The notes beneath the pieces are model-generated. The model had not been told where the DNA came from. It saw only the letters and a program-made list of their open reading frames with translations, and did not search any database. The translations under genes were made by a program, and so were the position numbers. Positions 63,061 through 64,000 of a stretch of DNA of 64,000 nt are shown one piece after another; the first letter of the stretch is position 1, and each line of letters opens with the position of its first letter. The stretch is from Octopus sinensis (taxonomy: Eukaryota). The stretch lies in assembly GCF_006345805.1 (NCBI RefSeq), contig NC_042997.1, positions 7,998,001 through 8,062,000 of the forward strand, given 5' to 3'.

Positions 63061-64000
63061 AAATCCTCTGGTCTACTAGAAGACATTTTAGCAGGGGTGA
63101 ATAAAATCCCTTCTCTAAAAAATAGCCTTATATGCCTAGATAATAAAGGAAATATGTTGGTTACCAAATGTACAATCAAAGCGGATCTGGATATAGACAA
63201 TTATAGTAACACTAGCAATAGCAGTATTATTAACAATTTTGCTAAGAATAGGTATGAGCAGATATCGTATAAGTCAAGAACCAACCGTAAGTAGAGTAAT
63301 TATAGTCGACATGGCGGCAAAATTATAAGTAAAGCTGATGTAATCTTGTTTAACCTGCACTTCAATTACTCAACATCCACCAATATATGCAGAATATTAT
63401 TTCGGATATTAGATGAGAATTTCGCCCACCCTCGTAAATAAAACCGTATATTTTCCTGTGGGTAAACTTGAACCTCCTCATCTACCCCCACCTAATAACA
63501 CGATAATATCAGGCCTGAAGTAGAGAAAAATAGCACTTTCTCGTAATAATAAAATTGTAGCCGCTAATATTACTTTCATGACAAGGATCACACAAATAGG
63601 GAGTCTCCCTGTAACTCTACAAATAATGACTATTTGAACAGTTATGGTTCTAACCACATAAATGTCGCTTTACCTAGTAGTAGTAGTAGTAGTAGCAGTA
63701 GTAGTAGTAGTAGTAATAGTAGTAAAAACAACTTAAGGCTGAATATAACGGTAGAATGGAATCTTCACACTCGAGCACAAAAAATAGCAAGGATCATGCT
63801 TTAATAAAGCTGTTTCTGCACTGCCTTATGTAAAAACTAGTATAAAAAAGACCGAATGTGATTAATGATTTATGGTACCATCATCCCCCGAACCGCAGCC
63901 GATACACTCTTGTGTAATTCCTAACGATTTTAATCATAATGTGCGGGTTGATTCGCCTGATATAACAAATGACAATATGACAACTCTAACAATATAACAC

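Overview
AT-rich (roughly 30% GC), microsatellite-dense animal genomic DNA. I found no convincing host protein-coding gene, so it is probably intergenic or a large intron. The repeat families resemble, from memory, those of Octopus-type cephalopod genomes; this is inference. Almost all listed ORFs are microsatellite artefacts or transposon remnants. Supported content: a pile-up of REL-endonuclease non-LTR retrotransposons (one HERO-like and three R4/Dong-like pieces, the Dong-like pieces separated by (TAA)n tracts; 7.1-10.3 kb), Penelope-like element (PLE) fragments, two Helitron derivatives, three decayed Tc1/mariner transposons, a twin TA-flanked MITE, a CR1/L2-group LINE 3' end, many tRNA-derived/CORE-like SINEs and two fold-back structures. 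The most interesting signal is a set of hammerhead-ribozyme-like motifs in retroelement 3' tails. Four of them (7.1, 31.8, 43.4 and 58.1 kb; three apparently unrelated families) have the three core segments in a non-circularly permuted, pseudoknotted order: UH+helix I, then GAAA, then CUGANGA. Helix I shows compensatory base changes between two copies of one family. Ordinary and minimal type I hammerhead-like motifs also occur (26.7, 27.7, 59.1, 59.4 kb). All structures were paired by eye, and none is shown to cleave.
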